Shown: positions 8,041-15,841 of the stretch, one piece after another
Layout of the letters: each line of letters opens with the position of its first letter
Numbering within the stretch: the stretch's first letter is position 1
Source of the DNA: a virus
Lineage: Duplodnaviria; Heunggongvirae; Uroviricota; Caudoviricetes
Virus record (IMG/VR): IMGVR_UViG_2778261156_000003
Span: 1 to 28,174 of that record
Direction: 5' to 3' (one strand)
Length of the DNA: 28,174 bases
Translations under genes and position numbers: made by a program
Notes under the pieces: model-generated
Seen by the model: only the letters and a program-made list of their open reading frames with translations
Databases searched by the model: none
What the model was told of the DNA's origin: nothing

Positions 8041-8112
8041 CGGTTGTCTCTGCTGGCGCAGCAGGTGCCAGTTGTTCAGGCTGGCGTGCGAATTGTAAAC
8101 CAGAATGCCAGG

Positions 8113-8137
8113 AAAAAACAAAACCCGCCGAAGCGGG
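8113..8137 (-). terminator. Rho-independent terminator (minus strand) downstream of the lipoprotein moron
   Basis: Stem CCCGC (8124-8128) / GCGGG (8133-8137) with a CGAA loop. On the minus strand it is followed by a U-rich run (plus-strand A-run 8113-8123). A degenerate copy of the same motif sits at 8783-8803. Confidence 0.5.
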
Positions 8138-8336
8138 TATGCTAAAACAAACTGAAAGTAATATACCGGACTTGTAAAGGAACGATAGAATAATTATTGG
8201 ATTAAACCCTGACTCAATCCAGATTTCATAGGCAACAACTACGGACTAATCATCACAGTCATGTTTGATAGACTTAGTCCACATTGGGTGAGGGTTTACG
8301 GCGTTTTCACTAATAATTTATCGTCCAAGCTATACA

Positions 8337-8729
8337 CTACTGCCCTGTTTTAACGAAGTTTTTAAAGGAAACAACTGCCTGATAGGGGTTTGGTTGACAG
8401 CCAAACATATTATCGCAAAAAGGCTTGATGAAAATTCTTGAGGATCCATCTTCATTTGGCATTTTACTCACTTGATAAGCGAGGAATGGACTATTTGGAG
8501 AGGGATTATAAGTGGAAATTAGCGTGTCTGTCGCCGTTTGAATTTTCCATGAGGAATTATTAGCCAACCAGAATTGCGCTCGTTTCCAATAAAAGTCACA
8601 TTGCTTTTCATCATTACATGTTAGTGGCTTCATTGCTTCTGCTTTCAACGCTGGATCGATCTTTGCTGCACACCCTCCCAACATTACTGTTGCAATCATT
8701 ACACCTGCGACTAAAACAAGTTTCTTCAT
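8337..8729 (-). CDS. AT-rich moron: secreted lipoprotein (130 aa; lipobox LGGC; four Cys in mature part), function unknown
   Basis: Product MKKLVLVAGVMIATVMLGGCAAK... is a classic lipoprotein signal peptide. Strong RBS AGGGAG precedes ATG 8729. Low GC. Flanked by terminator-like repeats. Confidence 0.75.
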   Translation of the reverse strand: MKKLVLVAGVMIATVMLGGCAAKIDPALKAEAMKPLTCNDEKQCDFYWKRAQFWLANNSSWKIQTATDTLISTYNPSPNSPFLAYQVSKMPNEDGSSRIFIKPFCDNMFGCQPNPYQAVVSFKNFVKTGQ

Positions 8730-8872
8730 CTCCCTGCCCCATCAATAAAAGTTCGGTTCTCTAATAACTAGAGTTAATCAACGGAAAAAACGCCGAAGCG
8801 GGTTAAGTGCGGGTGCGTTGAGGATGCCTGACACATCAGAGGTGGCGAGGGATTTCTCCCCCGCCAGGTCTC

Positions 8873-9028
8873 TTACTCCTCAGGTTCGTAAGCTGTGAAG
8901 ACAGCGACCTCCGTCTGGCCGGTTCGGATTCGTACCTCGCAGAGGTCTTTCCTCGTTACCAGTGCCGTCACAATGACGGTTAAACAGATGACGATCAGGG
9001 CGATTAACATCGCCTTTTGCTGCTTCAT
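8873..9028 (-). CDS. hokD: Hok/Gef-family type I toxin (HokD/RelF-like)
   Basis: Product MKQQKAMLIALIVICLTVIVTALVTRKDLCEVRIRTGQTEVAVFTAYEPEE matches HokD/RelF as recalled. An in-frame upstream ATG at 9085 could give a mok-like extension. Confidence 0.85.
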   Translation of the reverse strand: MKQQKAMLIALIVICLTVIVTALVTRKDLCEVRIRTGQTEVAVFTAYEPEE

Positions 9029-9264
9029 AGCCTGCTTCTCCTTGCCTTTCGGCACGTAAGAGGCTAACCTAGATTTGCCGTTCATAGATTGAGCCTCAGA
9101 TTAATGTTAAGCGTCTTGCAGGACGCGTAATGTTAACTGGGGCTTTTCTCTATCTGCCTTTGGTGTTCATGCCTGAGACAGATAGCCTCAAGCACCCGCA
9201 GCCATTCTACTTAACTCCCGTTACCTCGCCAATATAAAATCAATCAGAAAGGTGATCCATAAAA

Positions 9265-9951
9265 TCACTCCTTCTCTTCTTTTCCGTAGTGGAGTTGGCC
9301 AATTTTGATAAGAGGGCGTCCCTGAGATTTGCGGTGTAGATTGGTATCGCGCAGAGAATACACACAGCCACAATATTCCTGCTGATAGAATTTTTCGCGC
9401 TTGCTGATTTCAATCATACGGGACGAGCCGCCCTGCTTGCGCCAGTTATAATCCCAGTACACCATACCCGGATAATGCGCAACAGCTCGCCGCCCACACT
9501 CGTTAACCTGCTGCATATTTTTCCAGCGTGAAATGCCCAGTGAACTGCTGATCACACTGAAACCATTTTCAGCAGCGTACAACGCTGTCCGCTCAAAACG
9601 CATGTCAAAACACATGGTACAACGGATCCCCCTCTCAGGCTCCCATTCCATTCCTTTGGCACGTTCAAACCAGTTGTCGGTGTCGTAATCAGCATCGATA
9701 AACGGCACGCCGTGTTGTTCAGCAAAGCGAATATTTTCATCCTTACGAATTAAATACTCTTTCTGAGGATGAATGTTCGGGTTGTAGAAAAAGATGGTGT
9801 AGTCGATTCCCGAGGCCTGAAGCGCCTCCATCACTTCACCGGAACATGGAGCACAGCAAGAGTGCAGTAGTAGTTTGTTTGCCCCGTTTGGGAGCTCCAA
9901 TTTAGGCCGTTTGAAATCAGCAATAGTCATAAATATTTTTATTGGGGTCAT
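9265..9951 (-). CDS. DUF208 protein, epoxyqueuosine reductase QueH-like
   Basis: N-terminal [14 protein letters not shown] motif plus downstream conserved Cys ([17 protein letters not shown]) are characteristic of the QueH/DUF208 family as recalled. Confidence 0.65.
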   Translation of the reverse strand: MTPIKIFMTIADFKRPKLELPNGANKLLLHSCCAPCSGEVMEALQASGIDYTIFFYNPNIHPQKEYLIRKDENIRFAEQHGVPFIDADYDTDNWFERAKGMEWEPERGIRCTMCFDMRFERTALYAAENGFSVISSSLGISRWKNMQQVNECGRRAVAHYPGMVYWDYNWRKQGGSSRMIEISKREKFYQQEYCGCVYSLRDTNLHRKSQGRPLIKIGQLHYGKEEKE

Positions 9952-10104
9952 GAAAATAGCACAGAGTGTAGCATCAGAGCAGGTCTATCGGGAATATATG
10001 TCTAAATCTGGTAATATCTGGTTTTGACGCAAAGCGGACAACCACGCTGGCTCTACCCTGCGCCATGAAAATGTCAATTCACATCTGAACTAATGCTCTT
10101 TAAT

Positions 10105-10530
10105 CTAGTAACGTCTAAAATACCTAACATTTCCTTGATAAAATGCCAGTACACGCTGCATAGCTTCGCTCTTCCGGCACTCGCGACAGATTATATTCAG
10201 GCGCCTGTCGTAGCGGCGTATTTCGCCGTCTGGTAACGACCAGATAAGGTCCGGATCAACCACTGCAGGTTTCTTCACCTTTGCCCTTGAGAGTTTTTTG
10301 CGAGCATTTTGCCAGTCCTTACGCGCCTGTTCAGACGGGAATAACCCGTAACCAGAGTTGTATACATCGCCACTGGCAACCAGCTCTCTGGCGAGAACAC
10401 TCATCAGATATCTTGTCGCACCTGTCCTGGCTTCCAGTTGCCGCAACGTCTCGCGACCGCTCAGACGTACAAGTTCAACAACCTGCCCTTTAATTTTTTC
10501 CCGCTCTTCTTGTGTAAATACTTTTGCCAT
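10105..10530 (-). CDS. Hypothetical lambdoid nin-region protein (141 aa), possible DNA-binding protein
   Basis: ATG at 10530 with GGAGG RBS. Product MAKVFTQEEREKIKGQVVELVRLSGRETLRQLEARTGATRYLMSVLAREL...CRECRK... Confidence 0.6.
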   Translation of the reverse strand: MAKVFTQEEREKIKGQVVELVRLSGRETLRQLEARTGATRYLMSVLARELVASGDVYNSGYGLFPSEQARKDWQNARKKLSRAKVKKPAVVDPDLIWSLPDGEIRRYDRRLNIICRECRKSEAMQRVLAFYQGNVRYFRRY

Positions 10531-10545
10531 AAGCGCCTCCGGCAA

Positions 10546-11316
10546 TCACTTTTCCGATACAACACGGCGGGAAGAATCAGTAATCTGTCGAACAATATCC
10601 CGGTGCTTGTTCAGCTCCCGCAGCGCGGCGCAGACTCGCTCCCACTTCTGAACATCACTTTTCGCCCTGCGCAGCGCCAGGTTTGCCCTGCGAAGGGACG
10701 GAAAAATCAGCTCATCTGCTTGCGTTTCGGTAAACGATGGCAACGGCTGCACAATGTCCGCCACAGTTTCTGTTTTAATTTCTTCCTGTGTTGCGGCTTC
10801 CCGGACTGGTAACGCAGCACCTGCTGGCTGAGGAAAGGCCTTACCATCACTTTCCGTTACCAGCGCGGCTTTCGGCTCTGCTGGTAAATTATCGCCCGGC
10901 ATGCAGTAACGAAATTTACCGTTCTGATTAACGCGTGCCAGCCGCCCCGTTGCGGTTACCACCGCCAGCGTGGAAGCAACCTTGCGAGTACTGACACCGA
11001 ACTTACCCGCCAGTTCCTCACACGTTTTAGCCCCATCCTGACCGATAAACTCAATCATCATGTCTGCGGTAACTTTTTGTTCGACCTCCCCGGTCAGCAT
11101 ATCCTGTGCTTCAGATTTTACTGGCCGCTCTTCGGTTACCCGGGATTCACCTTCGCCAGCCAGAAACCAGGTGTGACCAGTTTTATCAACGACGCCTTTT
11201 CTTTTGAGTTCCCACAGCTCGTTGACAGCCTCTTCACGACTGATTCCAAGGCGAGCTGCCACCACATGTGAAGAGGCTTTTTTCAGTGCTTTCAGTGCGT
11301 CAGATACGGTTTCCAT
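10546..11316 (-). CDS. Phage protein with two winged-helix-like segments (DUF1627-like), function unknown
   Basis: Product METVSDALKALKKASSHVVAARLGISREEAVNELWELKRKGVV... with a second HTH-like segment EELAGKFGVSTRKVASTLAVVTATGRLARV. Family name is from memory and uncertain. Confidence 0.6.
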   Translation of the reverse strand: METVSDALKALKKASSHVVAARLGISREEAVNELWELKRKGVVDKTGHTWFLAGEGESRVTEERPVKSEAQDMLTGEVEQKVTADMMIEFIGQDGAKTCEELAGKFGVSTRKVASTLAVVTATGRLARVNQNGKFRYCMPGDNLPAEPKAALVTESDGKAFPQPAGAALPVREAATQEEIKTETVADIVQPLPSFTETQADELIFPSLRRANLALRRAKSDVQKWERVCAALRELNKHRDIVRQITDSSRRVVSEK

Positions 11317-11337
11317 TAAAATTTCCTCCGGACAAAA

Positions 11338-12084
11338 TTACTTCACAACCCTCATATTGCTGACATTTGGACGCCAGCTATCCCAGTTAAACGTCACCCA
11401 TCGACCACCGTTCATGGTCATGCGGTCCATAATCCTCTCACCAAGAAGCGTACTCATTGCGGCATGATTCAGGTTTGTTAACATCCCGACACTGCACAGT
11501 GATGCTGTCCGGCGATCAATTATCTGGTGCAATACCACCTGCTCGTTTTTCGTCTCCCGCTGAACGCCTATTTCATCCAGGACCAGCAAATCAACCCCGC
11601 AAAGCTCCTGTAAAAATTTTTCCCCGGATTTGCCGTTGTCGTAGCTGTCATGCAACACGCTCATGACGTCAGACACGGTGACGATAATCACGCTGCGCCC
11701 CTTCACCATCAGCCGGTTGCCCATCGCCGCTGCAAGGTGATTTTTCCCGGTGCCGGTTTTACCGCTGAACACAAAATTCGTGCACCCGGTCATCAGTTCG
11801 TCAGCTATGGATTTGGCCTGGCTCAGCGCGTATTTTTGCCCGTCGTTCTGCACCTGATAATTTGCAAACGAGCATTTGCTGTGCAGAGGCTGGATGCCCG
11901 AACGATTCAGGATTTTTTCCACCCGCAACTGGCGATTCTGGCGGTTAATCTCCTCGCTGCGTTTTCGTCCTTCAGCAAGTTGCCATTCCCGCCACTCCTC
12001 CACCGTCCGGTACGGTGGAACCGACCCCTGTGGTGCAAGTCTGCGAATACGTTCAAGAACCCCAACTGCCGCAATGTTTTTCAT
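11338..12084 (-). CDS. DnaC-like replication helicase loader (IstB-type AAA+ ATPase)
   Basis: Walker A motif FSGKTGTGKNHLAAAMG and Walker B LLVLDEIG. Lies downstream of the O-like initiator, as in lambdoid replication modules. Confidence 0.85.
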   Translation of the reverse strand: MKNIAAVGVLERIRRLAPQGSVPPYRTVEEWREWQLAEGRKRSEEINRQNRQLRVEKILNRSGIQPLHSKCSFANYQVQNDGQKYALSQAKSIADELMTGCTNFVFSGKTGTGKNHLAAAMGNRLMVKGRSVIIVTVSDVMSVLHDSYDNGKSGEKFLQELCGVDLLVLDEIGVQRETKNEQVVLHQIIDRRTASLCSVGMLTNLNHAAMSTLLGERIMDRMTMNGGRWVTFNWDSWRPNVSNMRVVK

Positions 12085-12090
12085 GACACG

Positions 12091-13053
12091 TCACCCCCTG
12101 AATCCCGGCGGTATTTCAGTGTCCGGTTCAGAAATGTGATTCACGCAACGCTGCGCAGGCGAACGCCCCAGGCGGATAACCAGTTCATCCCATTTTTCCC
12201 GGAGTTTTGCCGGACTCATGATGTTTTTTACCCAGAACGAATCCCGCTGGAGACGCCCAAACATTTCACAAATTTGTCTGTGAGTTCTGCCATCCAGCAT
12301 CCGCATTGTGCGAACGTCATTGGCCCATGCTGTCCAGTTGGGTTCTTTCGGTCTAGTGATCTCGCCATCATAGCTGGCCGCCTGCTCGTAAAGACTCACG
12401 ATTCGTCCCCAGATCCACTGTGCGCACACCAAATCTTCCTGACTTCCCCACTGGCGTTTTTTCGCACTGAACACAACCGCGTCAGGGTGTCGGGTTAAAA
12501 AATCCTGTTCAGCCGTCTGCGGGTCCGGTTGCGAAGCGTCCGGACAAGAAGATCTTTTATCTGACGGATCAGGTTTTAATACTGACGGATCGGGGTCAAT
12601 CATCGCCCCCCTAATCGGCAGTTTTTTATCAACAGTTGATCCATCAAAATTTGACGGGTCAACCGTTGAGGGGTCAATATTTGACGGGTCAACTGTTAAC
12701 GGGTCATTTTTTGCCGGGCTAATTTTTCTTTTCGGTTTATATGACTCACGCGCCGCCGCCGCAGCTGCTTCGAGTTTTTCCACATTAAGCCGATAGATAT
12801 TGCTTACATTACGCCCACCGACCTTACGCTCTTCCTTCGTCAGCCAGCCCTCTTTCGCCAGTTCTGCAATAGCCGATTTCACTGTGGATTCACTTCTTGC
12901 ACCGATCTGACGCCGGATAGTTTCAATGGCAGGCCATGACACGCCCTCGTCATTGCTGTAGTCTGCAAGACGGGCCATAACCGCCACCCTGGATAAGATC
13001 ATGCCGGTGAAGGCGCACCCTTCCCAGACAAGACCATGAAGCTTGCTGCTCAT
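12091..13053 (-). CDS. Replication initiator (lambda O-like), with iteron-encoded peptide repeats
   Basis: N-terminal winged-helix region (LHGLVWEGCAFTGMILSRVAVMARLADYSNDEGVSWPAIETIRRQIG...). Internal repeat DPLTVDPSNIDPSTVDPSNFDGSTVD is encoded by the iterons, as in lambda O. Start chosen at ATG 13053 (GGGGG RBS). Confidence 0.75.
   Translation of the reverse strand: MSSKLHGLVWEGCAFTGMILSRVAVMARLADYSNDEGVSWPAIETIRRQIGARSESTVKSAIAELAKEGWLTKEERKVGGRNVSNIYRLNVEKLEAAAAAARESYKPKRKISPAKNDPLTVDPSNIDPSTVDPSNFDGSTVDKKLPIRGAMIDPDPSVLKPDPSDKRSSCPDASQPDPQTAEQDFLTRHPDAVVFSAKKRQWGSQEDLVCAQWIWGRIVSLYEQAASYDGEITRPKEPNWTAWANDVRTMRMLDGRTHRQICEMFGRLQRDSFWVKNIMSPAKLREKWDELVIRLGRSPAQRCVNHISEPDTEIPPGFRG
12636..12707. 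repeat. Replication origin iterons: five palindromic 12-bp units at exact 15-bp spacing inside the O-like gene
   Basis: TTGATCCATCAA (12636), TTGACGGGTCAA (12651), TTGAGGGGTCAA (12666), TTGACGGGTCAA (12681), TTAACGGGTCAT (12696). Confidence 0.65.
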
Positions 13054-13075
13054 AAAACCCCCGAACACCGTGCTT

Positions 13076-13501
13076 TTAGTGCATCACCACAGCATTCCCT
13101 GCCGGGCCGCCGCGATTCATCTGGTCATACAAAACAACCGCTGACGCAACAAAATCATCGACATCCTTCACCAGCCGATCCCTCCGTTCGACGATCTCAC
13201 GGTAATATTCAGAACTGTGGCTGCGCATACGGGCCACCAGCAAAGGCGGCATCGCCTTTTCGATCGCCGGTAACAGAGCCTGCATTTTTTCAACAGCATC
13301 AGGGGTGTCTTTCTCTACCCAGCGGAAAATTTTCTGGGTATTGCGAGCCAGGGCTTCCGGATGGCTGTCGTCATACAGTTCTGGGAACGTCATACCCAAC
13401 TCAAAATAAGCCTGGGTTATTCCAGCTGCTGGAACTTTTTCGCCATCAGGACGCGCCCAGGCATTCATCGCCATGCGGATGTGTTCATGCTTGATTTTCA
13501 T
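13076..13501 (-). CDS. YdaT-like / CII-position regulatory protein (141 aa)
   Basis: AGGAG RBS precedes ATG 13501. Lies immediately downstream of the cro/YdaS-like gene (17-nt overlap) and upstream of the replication genes. Family assignment is from position and memory only. Confidence 0.5.
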   Translation of the reverse strand: MKIKHEHIRMAMNAWARPDGEKVPAAGITQAYFELGMTFPELYDDSHPEALARNTQKIFRWVEKDTPDAVEKMQALLPAIEKAMPPLLVARMRSHSSEYYREIVERRDRLVKDVDDFVASAVVLYDQMNRGGPAGNAVVMH

Positions 13502-13766
13502 GAATCAAGCTCCTAGAAAGTGGTTGTGTTAACGTTTTGGTATCTTCCAGCTCGGGCCAAATATTCATCCAATCAAAAGGCCTTAGTTGCTGACGTGTAA
13601 CTTCACCATTACTGGCTCGCTCAATAAGGACACATAACGATGCCCCTAACACTTGACCTTTACTCAATGCCTTTCTTAGATAACCGATGCTGGTACCACA
13701 CTCGCATGCAAACATACGCTGTTCATCTGACGAAAGAGAATTGAGAAATATTCTTAATTCTTCCAT
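13485..13766 (-). CDS. Cro-like HTH regulator (YdaS family)
   Basis: Product MEELRIFLNSLSSDEQRMFACECGTSIGYLRKALSKGQ... contains an HTH. Divergent from the CI-like gene across an operator-containing 100-bp region. Confidence 0.7.
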   Translation of the reverse strand: MEELRIFLNSLSSDEQRMFACECGTSIGYLRKALSKGQVLGASLCVLIERASNGEVTRQQLRPFDWMNIWPELEDTKTLTQPLSRSLIHENQA

Positions 13767-13795
13767 AGCTACTCCTTAGTAAACACAGCAAAGAA

Positions 13796-13839
13796 TACCC
13801 ACAGGTAAACAAAAGTCAATACCCACAGGTTGTTTACCT
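13796..13839. promoter_or_regulatory. OR-like operator region between the cro-like and CI-like genes
   Basis: TACCCACAGGTA (13796-13807) and TACCCACAGGTT (13820-13831), 24 bp apart, plus inverted arms AGGTAAACAA / TTGTTTACCT. A TATTAT -10-like element precedes the repressor ATG. Confidence 0.5.
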
Positions 13840-13866
13840 TGCGGTAATCGCATCTATTATTTACCT

Positions 13867-14286
13867 ATGGACAAATATGAATTTAGACGACAGCAACTCA
13901 TCAAAATTCGTGATGAGAAATGCGATGGTAAAGCGGTTAACGTGGCCAGAAAGATCGGGCGCGAGCCTTCTTATGTATCAAGAATGTTGTACCCAGAGGG
14001 GAAAAAGGGAAAAAAACGGATCGCTGATGATATGGTGGAGATTATCGAAGAGTCCTTTGGGTTACCCCGGGGATGGATGGATGGTATCGTTTCATCATCA
14101 ACGAACACAGCCTCCAGTTATGAAACAAGGGTTCTAACGCCACGACAACGTATTTTTTTAGATCTCTTAGACGAACTGCCAGAAAGTGAAGCGGATAAAT
14201 TATTAAAAACTCTTGAAGAGAAAAAACAGTATTACAATATGATCTACGAAGAAATCCGTAAAAAGAAAGCACAAAACGCATCATAG
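13867..14286 (+). CDS. CI-like prophage repressor (HTH, no peptidase domain)
   Basis: Product MDKYEFRRQQLIKIRDEKCDGKAVNVARKIGREPSYVSRML... has an N-terminal HTH. It is divergent from cro-like and bracketed by operator palindromes. Confidence 0.75.
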   Translation: MDKYEFRRQQLIKIRDEKCDGKAVNVARKIGREPSYVSRMLYPEGKKGKKRIADDMVEIIEESFGLPRGWMDGIVSSSTNTASSYETRVLTPRQRIFLDLLDELPESEADKLLKTLEEKKQYYNMIYEEIRKKKAQNAS

Positions 14287-14328
14287 CTCACCAAACAACT
14301 AGTCACCAGTTAAGACACCGCAAAAATT

Positions 14329-14365
14329 TACCCATGGGTATTTACTTTTTAAATACCTATGGGTA
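14329..14365. promoter_or_regulatory. OL-like operator pair upstream of the early-left operon
   Basis: Perfect palindrome TACCCATGGGTA (14329-14340) and TACCTATGGGTA (14354-14365), 25 bp apart. Same consensus as the sites at 13796 and 13820. Confidence 0.45.
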
Positions 14366-14551
14366 TCCTTCTTTTCATACCAACCCACCCCGCCCCACAG
14401 AATGCAGGGCAATACTTCGAGTTACCAGGCAGTGGTCAGGGGTTAAGTAGCCAGCCCGAGGCGTAAGAACATGACGGCAGGGTTCAACTTTAATAACTAT
14501 GCAGCAGGTTTTTGTTCCGCTACCCCGGCGTTAAGGGGAAATGAGGTCAAC

Positions 14552-14707
14552 ATGGATACTATCGATCTTGGCAACAACGAATCTCTGGTGTACGGCGTGT
14601 TTCCAAACCAGGACGGCACGTTCACCGCAATGACGTATACCAAAAGCAAAACGTTTAAAACCGAAAATGGTGCCCGTCGCTGGCTGGAAAGAAACTCAGG
14701 TGAGTGA
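14552..14707 (+). CDS. ydfA: YdfA-like small protein (DUF1391), early-left operon
   Basis: Product MDTIDLGNNESLVYGVFPNQDGTFTAMTYTKSKTFKTENGARRWLERNSGE matches Qin YdfA as recalled. GAGG RBS. Confidence 0.8.
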   Translation: MDTIDLGNNESLVYGVFPNQDGTFTAMTYTKSKTFKTENGARRWLERNSGE

Positions 14708-14708
14708 T

Positions 14709-14837
14709 ATGGATTTCGACACAATCATGGAAAAGGCTTACGAAGAATACTTCGAAGGCCTTGCCGAAGGCGAAGAAGCTCTCAGCTTCAGTGAGTTTAA
14801 ACAGGCGCTTTCCAGTTCGGCAAAATCTAACGGCTGA
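14709..14837 (+). CDS. ydfB: YdfB-like small protein (42 aa)
   Basis: Product MDFDTIMEKAYEEYFEGLAEGEEALSFSEFKQALSSSAKSNG. Start is 1 nt after the ydfA stop. Confidence 0.8.
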   Translation: MDFDTIMEKAYEEYFEGLAEGEEALSFSEFKQALSSSAKSNG

Positions 14838-14866
14838 TAAGCGAAACAGCACCGCGAGGAATCAGT

Positions 14867-15085
14867 ATGCAGAAACGAGAACCCGTCATCATCGCGCCAG
14901 ACTATACCGATGATGAACTTTATGAGTGGATGCGCCAGAAAATTAATGCAGCGCAGGATCTGAAATGGGCTAATGAAGCCAGGGCTAAGCAGGCTGAAAA
15001 TCTGTCCGCTCTGGAGCAGGATATCACCAATCTGGAAAAAGCAGCGGCATTAAGCATTGCCAGAATGATTACATACCCGCGTTAG
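14867..15085 (+). CDS. ydfC: YdfC-like protein (72 aa)
   Basis: Product MQKREPVIIAPDYTDDELYEWMRQKINAAQDLKWANEARAKQAENLSALEQDITNLEKAAALSIARMITYPR. Confidence 0.85.
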   Translation: MQKREPVIIAPDYTDDELYEWMRQKINAAQDLKWANEARAKQAENLSALEQDITNLEKAAALSIARMITYPR

Positions 15086-15425
15086 TAGCTAATCAACAAA
15101 GCTAAGGTTAGTAATTAAGGAGTTCTCCACGGGTGAGGTGGAGTGCGTGCGCCGGACACGGGTGCGCATCCGGAACTGACAGTTTACTGAAAGGATATTT
15201 CCCTGAAAAGTCAGACCATAACGCGAAAGCGCACGGCGAGGTAGCTGGTTCATAGATAGCCTGTCGTTAAATTATCGTCGACCGTGCGCTTCCGGTTGTG
15301 GCACTCCGCGAAATGGCGCGGCGGTAAGTATGGCGGGGTTATTCCTTCACCGTTGAGGACACCGGGTTGTCAGGTTGACCATACGCTTAAGTGACAACCC
15401 CGCTGCAACGCCCTCTGTTATCAAT

Positions 15426-15478
15426 TTTCTGGTGACGTTTGGCGGTATCAGTTTTACTCCGTGACTGCTCTGCCGCCA
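15426..15478 (+). ncRNA. dicF: DicF small regulatory RNA (ftsZ-inhibiting sRNA processed from the early-left transcript)
   Basis: TTTCTGGTGACGTTTGGCGGTATCAGTTTTACTCCGTGACTGCTCTGCCGCC followed by ATTTTT matches DicF as recalled. It lies between ydfC and dicB, as in Qin. Confidence 0.85.
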
Positions 15479-15652
15479 TTTTTAAAGTGAATTTTGTGAT
15501 GCGGTGAATGCGGCTAAGCGCACGCGGAACAGTTAAAACCAAAAACAGTGTTATGGGTGGATTCTCTGTATCCGGCGTTAATTGTTAACTGGTTAACGTC
15601 ACCTGGAGGCACCAGGCACCGCATCACAAAACTCATTGTTGAGGGCGCGATA

Positions 15653-15841
15653 ATGAAAACGTTATTACCAAACGTTAATACGTCTGAAGGTTGTTTTGAA
15701 ATTGGTGTCACTATCAGTAATCCTGTATTTACTGAAGATGCCATTAACAAAAGAAAACACGAACGGGAGTTATTAAATAAAGTATGCATTGTTTCAATGC
15801 TGGCCCGTTTACGTCTGATGCCAAAAGGATGTGCACAATGA
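15653..15841 (+). CDS. dicB: Cell-division inhibitor DicB
   Basis: Product MKTLLPNVNTSEGCFEIGVTISNPVFTEDAINKRKHERELLNKVCIVSMLARLRLMPKGCAQ. Confidence 0.9.
   Translation: MKTLLPNVNTSEGCFEIGVTISNPVFTEDAINKRKHERELLNKVCIVSMLARLRLMPKGCAQ

Noticed and set aside
9029-9085. In-frame upstream extension of hok as a separate mok gene
   Set aside because: It is in frame with hok rather than overlapping in another frame as classical mok does; treated as leader or alternative start, not a separate feature.
11650-12498. 282-aa plus-strand ORF
   Set aside because: Entirely antisense to the DnaC-like and O-like genes, which have clear motifs and RBSs; the translation is Pro/Arg/His-rich with no start context. 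Shadow ORF.
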